From the sequence record SRR31156797_6140: a stretch of 49,625 nt of DNA; one strand, given 5' to 3'. Position numbers and translations under genes: made by a program. Shown one piece after another: positions 29,802-40,751 of this stretch. Below the pieces are notes generated by a model, which worked only from the letters and a program-made list of their open reading frames with translations, was not told the origin of the DNA and made no database searches. How positions within the stretch are numbered: the first letter of the stretch is position 1; each line of letters opens with the position of its first letter.

Positions 29802-31085
29802 ATGCAACTATTACAATATTTAAATCATACTGAACGAAAAGCTTTTAAGCTTCATTTGTTCTACAGTTCTATCGACGGCATAGCAAGAGGTGCACTGATT
29901 TTGAATGAATTTATATTTATTAAATCACTCAAAGGTTCAAATCTACAGATGTCTTTTTTATTCCAATTCAGTATGGTTGTATTTTTATTTGCGATGCTGG
30001 CCAATGAAATAATGCGCCGTTATCCAAATAGAAAAAAACTATTAAGAACTGTTGGTATTATCACTCGTTTGCCTTTAGTTATATTTTCCATTTTCCCGGC
30101 AGTCAATCCTGAGTCAGGGTTATCTCCCGATTTTCACCTATTGTTTTTGGGTGTTTTCTTATTATTCTATACCTCGCAAATAGCTGTTGTACCCTCCATC
30201 AATCTTTATTTAAAGGGAAATTACAGGCACGAAAACTTCGGGAAACTTTTTGGTTATTCTACAACGGTAAATAAAGTTTTAATGATGACTTCCACTTTTA
30301 TAGTTGGGCTTCTATTAGATTTTGATGCAAATTCTTATCGTATATTTTATCCTTTAGTGGGTATTCTTGGAGTGATTTCAATTTTTCAATTAACAAAAAT
30401 AGATTTCAATCATCAGTTTACACCTCAGCAAACGCCTATTTATCAAGCTTTGGGAGATTCATTTAAGCGTATTTTTTATATCCTGAAAAATAATGTTCCT
30501 TTTCGTCACTTAGAACTGGGCTTTATACTTTATGGATTTGCCTGGATGAGTACACATGCAGTGATCACAATATTTTATAAAGAATCTTTAAACCTGAATT
30601 ATTCTTCGGTATCCTTTTATAACAATGCTTACAATCTGGTTGCCATTGCAGTGCTTCCTATTTTTGGTAAAATCATAGGAAGTAAAGACCCCAGACGTTT
30701 TGGTATAATAACCTTTTCTGCTTTAATGCTATTTATTGTTGCTACAGGCCTTACGGAGTACTTTGATTCTTTCAACGAATTGTGGGGGTTAAAACTTTAC
30801 CACATGTTATTAATTGCGGTAATTTTTAACGGTTTATTTATGGGAAGCATGCCTATTTTATGGGGAATTGGCAGTAGTTACTTTTGCAAACCGGATGAAG
30901 CTGCAGACTACCAGTCAGTGCACTTATTTTTAACCGGATTTAGAGCTCTCTTTGCTCCTTTTATAGGAATCAAGCTATATGAATGGTTTGGCTTTAGTTT
31001 AACCTATGCAGTTGGAGTAGGCATTTTGACTCTGGCCATTTTTTTAATGATATATTCTGAAAAAAGATTTCCTCAAAAGAAATAA
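29802..31085 (+). CDS. MFS transporter
   Basis: 427 aa with about 12 hydrophobic segments in two halves; substrate unknown. Confidence 0.7.
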   Translation: MQLLQYLNHTERKAFKLHLFYSSIDGIARGALILNEFIFIKSLKGSNLQMSFLFQFSMVVFLFAMLANEIMRRYPNRKKLLRTVGIITRLPLVIFSIFPAVNPESGLSPDFHLLFLGVFLLFYTSQIAVVPSINLYLKGNYRHENFGKLFGYSTTVNKVLMMTSTFIVGLLLDFDANSYRIFYPLVGILGVISIFQLTKIDFNHQFTPQQTPIYQALGDSFKRIFYILKNNVPFRHLELGFILYGFAWMSTHAVITIFYKESLNLNYSSVSFYNNAYNLVAIAVLPIFGKIIGSKDPRRFGIITFSALMLFIVATGLTEYFDSFNELWGLKLYHMLLIAVIFNGLFMGSMPILWGIGSSYFCKPDEAADYQSVHLFLTGFRALFAPFIGIKLYEWFGFSLTYAVGVGILTLAIFLMIYSEKRFPQKK

Positions 31086-31099
31086 TAGTACGAATATAA

Positions 31100-31729
31100 C
31101 TATCCCAACATCAATCCAATCAGAAATATAAAAATAACCACAATAAAGGTTGTTATTAATGAATTATAGGCAAACTTAAGCCACTTAAACTGACGCAACA
31201 GCATAAAATTAATTAAATAGCTGGTTCGAACCTGGTTTCCGATTTGAAGATGTTGACTACGAACTACTTTATCCATGGCATCCTCATATTCTTCTAATGT
31301 TGGATTAGAGAAATGCAAAAGCATGTTATCTTTTAATTCGGAGTAATTGGGATTAATTTGTTGCTTTAACACACCTTTAACCCCACTAGGCTTTGACGAA
31401 AGTAAGCTAGCAACCAAAGAAATACCTATGCCTATAATGGCAGTAATTTCTAAAATAGAACCTAATGGAACGTTCTGCTCTATATAATGGTGAAATACAA
31501 TTAAACCTGAAATGAGTGTAATGTTTATTCTCACCAGAATCATTGACTTGCGATCAGACAAAGCCATGGAGCTAAACAAGCTTCTGAATTGATTTCGCTG
31601 AAAGTTTGTAAACGATTTCTTAGGTTCCTTTTTGGTATCAAATTTCTTTCGTTCTTTTGGGGCAGAAATATCCAGTTTTTCTTCAACTAAAGTTCTTTCC
31701 AGTAAAATATCTTCCATATTCTCATGCAA
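31100..31729 (-). CDS. DUF5706 / Pycsar-effector-like membrane protein
   Basis: LSDRKSMILVRINITLIS resembles the ADxKA motif; two TMs, SSKP, LLHF..YEDAM, RQFKWLKFAY and a terminal TM. Confidence 0.6.
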   Translation of the reverse strand: MHENMEDILLERTLVEEKLDISAPKERKKFDTKKEPKKSFTNFQRNQFRSLFSSMALSDRKSMILVRINITLISGLIVFHHYIEQNVPLGSILEITAIIGIGISLVASLLSSKPSGVKGVLKQQINPNYSELKDNMLLHFSNPTLEEYEDAMDKVVRSQHLQIGNQVRTSYLINFMLLRQFKWLKFAYNSLITTFIVVIFIFLIGLMLG

Positions 31730-31995
31730 TTAAAACAAAACTATAGCACAAAATAATATTTTTACATTAACATATGCAACTATGTAGATGTTAATAATAT
31801 TTAATCATACCTAATCGCTTACCACCCTTGTAAAAGTTGTTAAAAAAAAGGAAACAATGTTGTTTTTCAGAAGCTAAAAATGACCTTATTACCCTATATA
31901 TGTGAACCATACACATTCAACACACACTATAACTATTATCAAGTACTGTTTAGCATCTTAAAAAAAGATCTTATTTTGTAAGAAATACGAAGTTT

Positions 31996-34116
31996 ATGCC
32001 AACAATACATCAAAATTTTAACTGGATCAATCAGTTTAAACGCGAATTCTGGAGAAATCCTAGTCGTCTTATTGCCAGTAAAGTTGTTATATCCATGCTT
32101 TTCGTGACACTCCCTTTTGTGATCATGCACGAATCAACTATTGCATTTACTATTGCATTAGGTATTGTTGCTGCAGCGCTTGCCGAAACAGATGACCATC
32201 CGAAAGGCCGATTAAAGGCTTTAATTGCTACTGTTCTAAGTTTTGCAATCACGACTATTTCTGCCACTTTACTTAAACCATATCCTATTATATTTGGAGC
32301 TGGATTTATTGCTTCAACTATTGTATTTGCTATAATCGGAGGTATCAGTGAACGATATAGAGGTATATCTTATGGTGCAATCTTAATTGGTATATATGCC
32401 ATGATTGCATATGATGATCACAACACTTGGTACACTCATCCTCTATACTTATGTTCGGGGTCTTTAATTTATGGTTTACTTTCTTTATTTCTTCTTTATC
32501 GAAAACCGTGGAGGCTTTTAGATGAACAGCTTGCTACAGGATTTATAGCACTAAGCGAGTATCTAGAAGAAAAGGCCAAACACTTTCCTATTTCCGATCC
32601 TGGTGATACTAATAAAGAGGCCATTCTTAACATTCAGGTTGTTGGGGCGCTTGAACGCTGTAAAGAAGTTATTAATATTTATAGTGGTGAAGTTAAAGAT
32701 GTTAAATCACTACTTCCGTATTTGCAAAGGTTTATGCTTTTACAAAGTTTACACGAAAGAGCTTCGTCCAGCCATGAACCTTATCAGAAGCTGAGTAAAA
32801 AAATTGAATATAAAGAATTATTTGAGGGTTTCTCTGAACTTTTGCATCAGTTATCGCATGCAACACGTTTGGTGGCAGAAAGTATGCTAACTAACGAAAA
32901 GTATGAACATCCTGTTTCTTTAGGATGGATTGTCAATGCACTTGAGTTTGAAATTGAGAAAATGCCTGTTCACGATAGTCAATTATTAGAATTGCTATTG
33001 CATAATTTGTAGAGATCTCATTACTCTTTGGCACATTTTAATTCCCCAGAACAAAGCACATCTATCCCCAAATTAGGTCAGGATACAAGATCTACCTGGC
33101 AAAAAATAAAGGATCAGCTTAATTTCTCTCATCCTCGTTTAAGATACGCCATTCGCCTTAGCTCCTGTTTCTTAATTGGGTATGCACTTGTTCAATATTT
33201 TCAAATTGAAAAAGGAGAATGGATCATGCTAACTTCCTTGTTTGTTAGTCAACCAACCTATAGCGAAACCAGAAGAAAGTTAATGCAAAGAATTCTCGGA
33301 ACGTTAACAGGAGTTGCTACAGGCGTACTTTTATTACAATTATTACCGACTGTACCCGGAAGATTAATCATCATTATAGCAAGCGCTTATTTTTTCTTTT
33401 ACTGGCTCAGAAGAAAATATTCAACAGCAGCAATTTTTATTACCATCTTCGTTTTAGCGGGTAATGAACTAAGGATGCTCAATTCTGCAGATATATTATT
33501 ACCCCGTATAGCCTATACCATTGCCGGAGCCATGCTTGCCTTTTTAGCAATCCGCTTTTTGTGGCCTAACTGGCAATACAAAAGAATTCCTCATTTATTG
33601 GCCGAAGCATTACACAACAATGCTTTCTATTTTGAGCAAATTATTCATGCAGAACATATTCACCAAACAGATGACTACACATACAGGCTGGCCAGACGTT
33701 TAGCTCATAAATCGGATAACGCATTAACGTTATCGTGGCAAACCATGCAGATTGAACCTTCTAAAATGAGAAACCTTATGCAACATGCATTTACTCTTAC
33801 CTACTTAAACCACGCATTGCTTTCGCACCTTTCGGCTTTAGGTGCCTTGCAGGAGGACAAGAGCTTCTTTAAAAGCTCTTTGCATATTGATCAGGAAATT
33901 GAAAATGCTTTAAAAGAAACAGCTGCCCGTATCCATCATAAACAAACTTCGATGAATCGCACTTCTTTAAAGCCAATATTAATGGAGTTAAAAGATAAAA
34001 TTAACGGCTTGGATGCAGGTAAAGAAAGACAACACCTTAGGTTAATTTATAATATTGCAGCAGTAAGCAACAAACTATTATTGGAGTCTGAAAAACTATA
34101 CCAAAACAAGAGTTAA
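31996..34116 (+). pseudogene. YccS/YhfK (FUSC) family membrane transporter split by an in-frame TAG at 33010-33012
   Basis: Both track ORFs are in the same frame; the junction reads LLHNL-TAG-RSHYSLAHF. N-half AETDDHPKGR; C-half RYAIRL, QPTYSETRRKLMQRILGT, LWPNWQ, YRLARR. Confidence 0.8.
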
Positions 34117-35933
34117 CAAACTACAACTTCTGCTATAGGTAAAGTAACTTTAACCTGAGTTCCTTTACCTTGTTCTGAAATAATGATTAAATCTCCACCA
34201 TGTTCATTTATAATATTTGAAGTAATAGACATGCCTAATCCGGTTCCTTCTCCTGGAATTTTAGTAGTAAAGAACGGCTCTGTAATTTTTGAAAGTGTCT
34301 GATTATCCATACCACAACCAGTATCTTTAATAAGCACTTCAATACTGTTATTTTCTACTTTGGATATCACCTCAATTTCTCCTTCTTCTTTAATAGACTG
34401 AACTGCATTCATTAAAATATTTAAAAATACCTGATGCATTTGTCCCTCATTGCCTTTTAGCTCAGCAGTACATTCGGCAAAATCTTTACGAACCTTAATT
34501 CTTCCTTTAAACTTATTTTTCAGCATCACCAGGCAATGAGTAATCACTGTATGTAAGTCATACTTCTCATTTTTAGAATAACCCACCCTGCTAAAATGAT
34601 TCAAACTCTCCACAATTGATGAAGAGCGTTTAACTCCCTCTTTAATGGCATACAGTAAATCCTTAATATCGTCTGGGTAAACTTTATAATTCTGTTTGAA
34701 AAAATCTTCCAATCCAACTAAACCTCCTTGAATAAAATTTAAGGGATTATTTAACTCATGAGCAACTCCGGCAGAAAGTAAACCTAATGATGCCAGCTTT
34801 TCACTTTTCACCATTCTTTCCTGGGCATTTTTTAATCGCTCATAAGCATTCACTAACTCTTTATTTTTGGAATTTAGATCTTTATTAATTTCACTAAGTT
34901 CCTGATTTGTTTTATTAAGCTCGTTAGTTCGTTCAGTAACCAAATCCTCCAGCTTCTTTTTATAATATTGCAACTGGATATCAACCTTCTTCTTCTCGTC
35001 ATTATCTCTTATAATTCCCAGCAATCTTTCTTTATTATTAATATTCGCTCTTCTAAGTGCTATTTCAACCCAAAATAAATTACCGCTTTTCTTCTGACAC
35101 AACCATTCAAATACAACACGCCCTTCTTGTTTTACCTTATGGACAAAGATATCGAGTACATCATTTGAAAATTCAGATTCCGGAGCACTTAATGTTTTTA
35201 ATGAAATTTCACTAAGCTCGTCTCTACTGTAACCAAACATCTGCAGCATTACATCATTTACATCTAATATACAAGCATCTGTATTCATCAGTAAAATAGA
35301 GTTTACAGAGGAATTAAATATTTGCTTATAATTACGACCGCTTTCTGCTAAAGCCTGGTTTTTCTTTCTTAAATCGCGAACTAATTGGGTAAAGACCTGG
35401 TAAAAGCTTCTGATTACTAAAACGAAAACAAATGCTACAATACCGATAATAAGAATCTGCATGATCCATGGATTGATACTGTTTTGGTATTCATGTAAAT
35501 CCAATAAGCCTACATAATCATTTTGAATTAGCCATACTCCCAATACCACAAATAGTATTGCTATACCAGCAAATAAATACAACGATCTTTGAACACTGAA
35601 TCCTATATAAGCCAAAAAAGGAATAAAAATGAGTAACAATTTATTATCGGATAGTAGTCCCAATTTTAAAACATCAGGAACAACCAAAGCAACTATTCCA
35701 ACAATAACAACAATAGCTTTATTTTGAATTGAAATAAAATGCCTTTTCACATAAACAATCGTAAAAAGAACAAGAACAATTAAGTCTGTCAGATAATTTA
35801 GGTAAAACCCAACTTTCCCAAAGTTAAACCAACTCAATACGTAAGCTATTCCGCCAAGTAAAATACCTAATAGTAAAGTACGGTTGATAACTTTATTATT
35901 TAATTCTTTTATTTCTTTTACACCCCTGTCCAT
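34113..35933 (-). CDS. PAS-domain membrane sensor histidine kinase
   Basis: TM region, PAS (FGYSRDEL..FWVEI), SEKLASLG..GVAHELNNPL, QVFLNILMNA, DTGCGM and FFTTK..GTGLG. Confidence 0.93.
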   Translation of the reverse strand: MDRGVKEIKELNNKVINRTLLLGILLGGIAYVLSWFNFGKVGFYLNYLTDLIVLVLFTIVYVKRHFISIQNKAIVVIVGIVALVVPDVLKLGLLSDNKLLLIFIPFLAYIGFSVQRSLYLFAGIAILFVVLGVWLIQNDYVGLLDLHEYQNSINPWIMQILIIGIVAFVFVLVIRSFYQVFTQLVRDLRKKNQALAESGRNYKQIFNSSVNSILLMNTDACILDVNDVMLQMFGYSRDELSEISLKTLSAPESEFSNDVLDIFVHKVKQEGRVVFEWLCQKKSGNLFWVEIALRRANINNKERLLGIIRDNDEKKKVDIQLQYYKKKLEDLVTERTNELNKTNQELSEINKDLNSKNKELVNAYERLKNAQERMVKSEKLASLGLLSAGVAHELNNPLNFIQGGLVGLEDFFKQNYKVYPDDIKDLLYAIKEGVKRSSSIVESLNHFSRVGYSKNEKYDLHTVITHCLVMLKNKFKGRIKVRKDFAECTAELKGNEGQMHQVFLNILMNAVQSIKEEGEIEVISKVENNSIEVLIKDTGCGMDNQTLSKITEPFFTTKIPGEGTGLGMSITSNIINEHGGDLIIISEQGKGTQVKVTLPIAEVVVC

Positions 35934-36081
35934 ATTCCTGAGATAAGAATATTTTAACCTGAGTTAGACATACTTTTTGGGTTTCAGGCTATTGTTTACT
36001 GAAATTTAAATAACTGTTTTGTGTAAATCAACTTTTTAACTGAGTTTTTTTTACTAAACCTATTGATAAATAAACAAAAAA

Positions 36082-36495
36082 CTACAATTGATGAAGTAGT
36101 TGATTTAGTTTATTCATTTCAGCCTGGCGGTTTAACGAAAATGAATCAGATTTAAGATCGACCAAATTTAAAATCTCCAAAGATTTGTAATAACATTGTT
36201 TAGAGTGCAATTCATCACCTGACTTTAGATGAATATCCCCACCCCGTGAAAGCAAAGTCGCAATCGTTTCCAAGCCTTCATAGCTTTCTCCATATTTTAC
36301 TTCGAATATAGTAACCAGTTTATCCAAATCTATTTGTAGTAAAGTATCCTCGTCCATATCCAAAGCACGCAGAATACCTTCATTATATATCTTTTGGGCT
36401 TGTTCTATTTCTCCTTTTTTTAACAGGCCCAATAAAGCAGCTATCAATTTAGCCATTTCATCTATCATCCTTAAAATATAATCTCGTCTTATCAT
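36082..36495 (-). CDS. Conserved hypothetical protein (DUF6483-like)
   Basis: N-terminal RRDYILRMIDEM motif; helical. Confidence 0.6.
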   Translation of the reverse strand: MIRRDYILRMIDEMAKLIAALLGLLKKGEIEQAQKIYNEGILRALDMDEDTLLQIDLDKLVTIFEVKYGESYEGLETIATLLSRGGDIHLKSGDELHSKQCYYKSLEILNLVDLKSDSFSLNRQAEMNKLNQLLHQL

Positions 36496-36600
36496 TTATT
36501 ACTTTTTCTTTTAATATTAAGATTAAAAGGCTTTATAAAAAATTATCTTAGCAAAAAGTTTGGTATAGATTTTTAATGTAAACGATAAAAAAATAACAAG

Positions 36601-37050
36601 ATGATCATAGATAGCTTGGATAATGTTAAACATTACAGACATTTAAACGAAAGAATTAAAAAAGCTTTTGAATTTTTAGAAGAAATAGATTTTGAAGCAA
36701 TTGAATCAGGAAAATATAATGTTGAAGGTGATGAAATATTTGCTATTGTGAGTGAATACAACACAAAAGAACACATTGATGCCAGACCTGAAGCCCATGA
36801 ACGTTATTTAGATATTCAATATGTCGTAAAAGGAGAAGAATATATGGGCTATGCTCCTTTAGAAGATCAGGAAGTGAGCCAGGCTTACAATGCAGACAAA
36901 GATCTTGTTTTTTATCATGCAGAAGTAAGCCCGATTAAAGTAAGCGAAGGTATGTTTGCTGTATTCTTTCCAACGGACATTCACGCTCCTGGAATGAAAA
37001 TCAAAGAATCAGCTCCTATTAAAAAAGTGGTAGTTAAAGTATTGATGTAA
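36601..37050 (+). CDS. YhcH/YjgK/YiaL family protein
   Basis: MIIDSL, EAHERYLDIQY, FAVFFPTDIHAP and KKVVVKV motifs. Confidence 0.93.
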   Translation: MIIDSLDNVKHYRHLNERIKKAFEFLEEIDFEAIESGKYNVEGDEIFAIVSEYNTKEHIDARPEAHERYLDIQYVVKGEEYMGYAPLEDQEVSQAYNADKDLVFYHAEVSPIKVSEGMFAVFFPTDIHAPGMKIKESAPIKKVVVKVLM

Positions 37051-37157
37051 CTATAATAGATCGTTAGATATGAGATTTCGTAGAGGCACTTAAGACCAAT
37101 AAATTATCTTATAGTCTATTCATTCTAATTTAACGAACTATAGAATTAGAATTGCAT

Positions 37158-37186
37158 AAAAAACCCGGTTAATTCATTTAACCGGG
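37158..37186 (-). terminator. Rho-independent terminator
   Basis: Minus strand CCCGGTTAA-atgaa-TTAACCGGG-TTTTTT. Confidence 0.85.
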
Positions 37187-37209
37187 CAATTATATAATTT
37201 GGTTTTATA

Positions 37210-37683
37210 CTAATTCTTAGGCCAGATAACTTCTTCGTTCTCGTCGTCCCAAATTGGGCCAAACTGAATTTCTGTTACAGTTCCGTTTTCGAGCCAGAAG
37301 TTAATACTTGACTCATAAAATGAGATTACCTCATGATCAGGACTTTCTGGTGAGGAAACATCTTCTCTTTCATACTCACCTAAATCTAAATTAGAAACTC
37401 TTTCCAATAATTCTTCATCAGAATTTCCAATTAAAGCCAAACCTTCTAAAACTGCTTCTTCGGAGCTTATGGCAATCGAACCTAATTTCCAGTCATCTAC
37501 TTCATCAAATGAAACAGAAAGTTCTAATTCGTCATAATGATAAGCTTCTGTATTATCATCAGCTTCATCACTACTAGTATAAGCATCTACTTCATCAGGT
37601 TCGCCTAAAACTTTTTTAACTTCCTGACGGGTCATGCCAAAACGAATTTCGTCAAACCCTTTACCAATTAAAATGTCTTTCAT
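37210..37683 (-). CDS. Acidic hypothetical protein
   Basis: 157-aa ORF with FGMTRQEVKKVLGEPD motif, followed by a terminator. Confidence 0.75.
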   Translation of the reverse strand: MKDILIGKGFDEIRFGMTRQEVKKVLGEPDEVDAYTSSDEADDNTEAYHYDELELSVSFDEVDDWKLGSIAISSEEAVLEGLALIGNSDEELLERVSNLDLGEYEREDVSSPESPDHEVISFYESSINFWLENGTVTEIQFGPIWDDENEEVIWPKN

Positions 37684-37964
37684 GCGTTTTTAATTTTCAT
37701 TTGCTGCATAGAACTCACCATTGAAATTACATCACGAATCATCGGATCAACTTTTATGGCTCATTTCATGTATTATTTTTAAATATGATAACAGTTTATG
37801 GACTTTGAACCAACTGATATTAAATGAATTTAGTAAAAAAATATCATTTTAATATTTTCTGCAAGATATATCAATATTTAAAGCATACAACAAGCCATGA
37901 AGAAATTTTATAAATATTTCACATAAAGTGTTCTAACCTGTGTTCTTTGAACTTTTTGTAGAAA

Positions 37965-38843
37965 TTAAATTGTTGCTAAAGCACTTTTAAAATCCTGAGC
38001 ACTAGAGATAAGTATAACTGATGATTGAATCTCCTGTTCTTGGTTTTTAACCTGAAGACCAGTTGCCATAAAAGGTGTTTCTGGAAATTCAGCCAAATAT
38101 TGTTTCAATAAATTATTCACTTCCACTTTTGATGGAGGACTTACAAATGAAGTGAAAAATGCATCAACTTTTTGAACCTGAGCAATTACTTTTAAATCTT
38201 CAAATGGCACAGAAATTCCAAGATACACTACATTGTACCCTTCTTTACGAGCTATTAAACTATAAAACAACAAACCTATTTCATGCAATTCACCTTCCGG
38301 TAAAAAGAATACGATATGTTTATTATTCGTTTCGTTACCCATTTCATTATCGATGGCAACAATTATTTTCTGACGAATCAGGTTACTGATAAAATGTTCT
38401 TGGGCAGGATTAATTGTACCAGCCTGCCATAGCAAACCAATTCTATCTAAAAATGGGAACAGGATTTCTTCAACTGTATTTTCAAAACCTCTTTTGATAA
38501 TTGAGGTCGTTAGCACATTATTAAATTTTGTTTCATTCAATTCGAGCATCGAAACAACCAGACTCTCTATTTGTACATTAGTATTGCCGTGATCAAGACA
38601 TAAATCAAGCACTCTTTCTTTTAATTGTTGATCACTTAAATCGGCAATTTTCGAAATTTTAAATCCATTTTGATTTAAAATAGAAATATTCAATATTCGT
38701 TTCAGGTCAGCATCAGAATATTTCCGAATATTTGTATCGCTTCGTTGTGGCTCTATTACCCCATATCTTCTTTCCCAGATACGAATGGTATGAGCTTTTA
38801 TACCGGAAATCTTTTCTAAATCCTTTATCGAATAAACTGCCAT
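37965..38843 (-). CDS. MerR-family regulator with B12-binding domain (CarH/LitR type)
   Basis: MerR HTH with HTIRIWERRY, WQAGTINPAQEH (Wx9EH) and ELHEIG (ExHxxG). Confidence 0.9.
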   Translation of the reverse strand: MAVYSIKDLEKISGIKAHTIRIWERRYGVIEPQRSDTNIRKYSDADLKRILNISILNQNGFKISKIADLSDQQLKERVLDLCLDHGNTNVQIESLVVSMLELNETKFNNVLTTSIIKRGFENTVEEILFPFLDRIGLLWQAGTINPAQEHFISNLIRQKIIVAIDNEMGNETNNKHIVFFLPEGELHEIGLLFYSLIARKEGYNVVYLGISVPFEDLKVIAQVQKVDAFFTSFVSPPSKVEVNNLLKQYLAEFPETPFMATGLQVKNQEQEIQSSVILISSAQDFKSALATI

Positions 38844-38968
38844 ATTGCGAATTAGTTATTGCCTGTTGGTTATTTTATTATGCTATAATAAGTACTCTTT
38901 GTTAACGAGCGCACACTGAATTTTGTTCATCAAATTTAGATTTTTATTTGGCAAAAACATACTTAAAG

Positions 38969-39003
38969 CAGGAAAGGCCGGCATTTAAAAACCAGCCTTT
39001 CTG
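38969..39003 (-). terminator. Probable terminator after the fasciclin gene
   Basis: Minus strand GAAAGGCTGG-loop-CCGGCCTTTC with a weak U-tail. Confidence 0.55.
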
Positions 39004-39104
39004 TCAACAAACGAACTCAACTCCGGAATTATTTACCGTCGCTATTCAAGTTCATAAGTTTCTCCCCTCCAAGCACCTTTTATTAAATAAAGAAGTTTAT
39101 TTTA

Positions 39105-40457
39105 TTATGGAACAATTACCTTATCAATGGCATGAACAACTCCGTTTGTTCCCTGAACATCGGCAATTAGCACATTTATATCACTATCTATTACCACTCC
39201 CGAAGTGACATCCACATTTATCATTTTTTGCTCATTTAAGGTTTGTACATCACCGTTACTTAAATCTGCTGATCTTACATTTCCACTAACCACATGAGCC
39301 AGTAAAATTGGAGTTAATGTTTCTTTGGATAAATCGGAAATACCACTTACTTCAAGCTCTGCAAACAAAGCTTCAAAAGCAGCATTAGTAGGAGCAAATA
39401 CGGTAAATGGACCAGCTCCTGATAAAGTTTCAACCAACTCAGCTTTTACTACAGCTTCCACCAAAATGGAAAAAGCACTATTGTTAATGGCAATATCAAC
39501 CACATTATTAGGTACAATTACTTTATCAACAACATGAATAATTCCATTTGTAGCAACTACATCAGTTAAAACAACTTGAGCTGAATTATTTATCATTACG
39601 CTATTATCTTGAATTTGGATATTTATAGTTAATGGATTATCCTGCCCAGTAGCAAGAGTACTTACATAACCTGATGTAACATCCTCTGCGGGAACAAAGG
39701 CATTTACTACATGATTCAATAAAATAGGTGTTAGATCATCTTTACTCAGATCGTCTAAACTAGCATTTAAATCCTCTAATAACATGGCAAATGCATCATT
39801 TATGGGAGCAAATACAGTAAAGTTATTCGCAACATCGTCAAGTGTTTCAGCTAACTCGGCTTTAACAACTGCAGCTGTAAGACTGGATAATGCAGGATTA
39901 GCTATAGCATGATCGGTAATAGAAGGAGGTAAGATTACTTTATCTATTATGTGAATTATTCCATTGTCAGCCATGACATCAGCTTGTGTAACCGATGCTG
40001 AACCATTAATTTTTAAGTTCTCTTTATCGAAATAAATTGAAAAGTAATAATCTCCTTTGGGACTTATTGATGCATAATAACCTGTTGATAAAGCGGATGA
40101 CTCATTAGAACCAGCTACAACATGATATAATAAAATCTCCGTTAAATCTTCAACAGGAATATCATCCAGAGAGCTCGCTCCTAAGTCATTTAACAATTCG
40201 GTAAAAGCATCATTTGTTGGAGCAAAAACTGTGTATTGTGAAGTACCATTAAGCGCACCTACTAAGTTTGCTTTCGTAAGCGCATCAACTAATATTGAAA
40301 GCGAGGATTCAGCTACAGCAATATCTACAATAGTATTTGTTTCTTCTTCCATCATTTTATCATCATTATCTGATTCATCATCACAAGAAGTAAAACCAAC
40401 TTGCAGGGCAAAAAGAATCAATAATAAACTATACCATTTTAATTTCAGAGTTTTCAT
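39105..40457 (-). CDS. Fasciclin (FAS1) lipoprotein with three tandem domains
   Basis: FTSC lipobox with acidic tail; three TVFAP.N.AF / ILL.HVV / NG..H..DKV repeats. Confidence 0.93.
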   Translation of the reverse strand: MKTLKLKWYSLLLILFALQVGFTSCDDESDNDDKMMEEETNTIVDIAVAESSLSILVDALTKANLVGALNGTSQYTVFAPTNDAFTELLNDLGASSLDDIPVEDLTEILLYHVVAGSNESSALSTGYYASISPKGDYYFSIYFDKENLKINGSASVTQADVMADNGIIHIIDKVILPPSITDHAIANPALSSLTAAVVKAELAETLDDVANNFTVFAPINDAFAMLLEDLNASLDDLSKDDLTPILLNHVVNAFVPAEDVTSGYVSTLATGQDNPLTINIQIQDNSVMINNSAQVVLTDVVATNGIIHVVDKVIVPNNVVDIAINNSAFSILVEAVVKAELVETLSGAGPFTVFAPTNAAFEALFAELEVSGISDLSKETLTPILLAHVVSGNVRSADLSNGDVQTLNEQKMINVDVTSGVVIDSDINVLIADVQGTNGVVHAIDKVIVP

Positions 40458-40527
40458 AATTCAAGTTTTAATGTTGACGAAATAAGACAGGTTTAAAGAA
40501 ATCGCGCGAAATTTTCTTCTTAACCTA

Positions 40528-40607
40528 TTTTGTTTAATTATTTAAATTATTACTTAAACATGTCGAGTTTAATTTTTGTTCATTTGTTTAGTATATTTCT
40601 TAAACAT
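40528..40607. promoter_or_regulatory. Duplicated candidate operator upstream of the fasciclin gene
   Basis: Two copies, 46 bp apart, of TTTTGTTyA-N2-TrTTTA-N8-CTTAAACAT. Confidence 0.6.
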
Positions 40608-40751
40608 TATTTTTATTGGGGATTATTGAGATTCATAAATTCTACTTTAAATTTCCAATAAACGCTTCTTCCTTGTTTCATAAATCTGGTTTACAATAGG
40701 GCATGTAATTTAAAAGTTTAACTTTGTGGCGTTAAAACAGCATAAGAAAAT

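Noticed and set aside
33010-33012. Genome-wide TAG recoding or pyrrolysine
   Set aside because: TAG is a normal stop for the TonB receptor, permease, cbiA and yicC, and no pyl genes are seen.
37680-37742. 20-codon uORF (MIRDVISMVSSMQQMKIKNA) overlapping the start of the acidic hypothetical gene
   Set aside because: Too short, no motif, and expected by chance.
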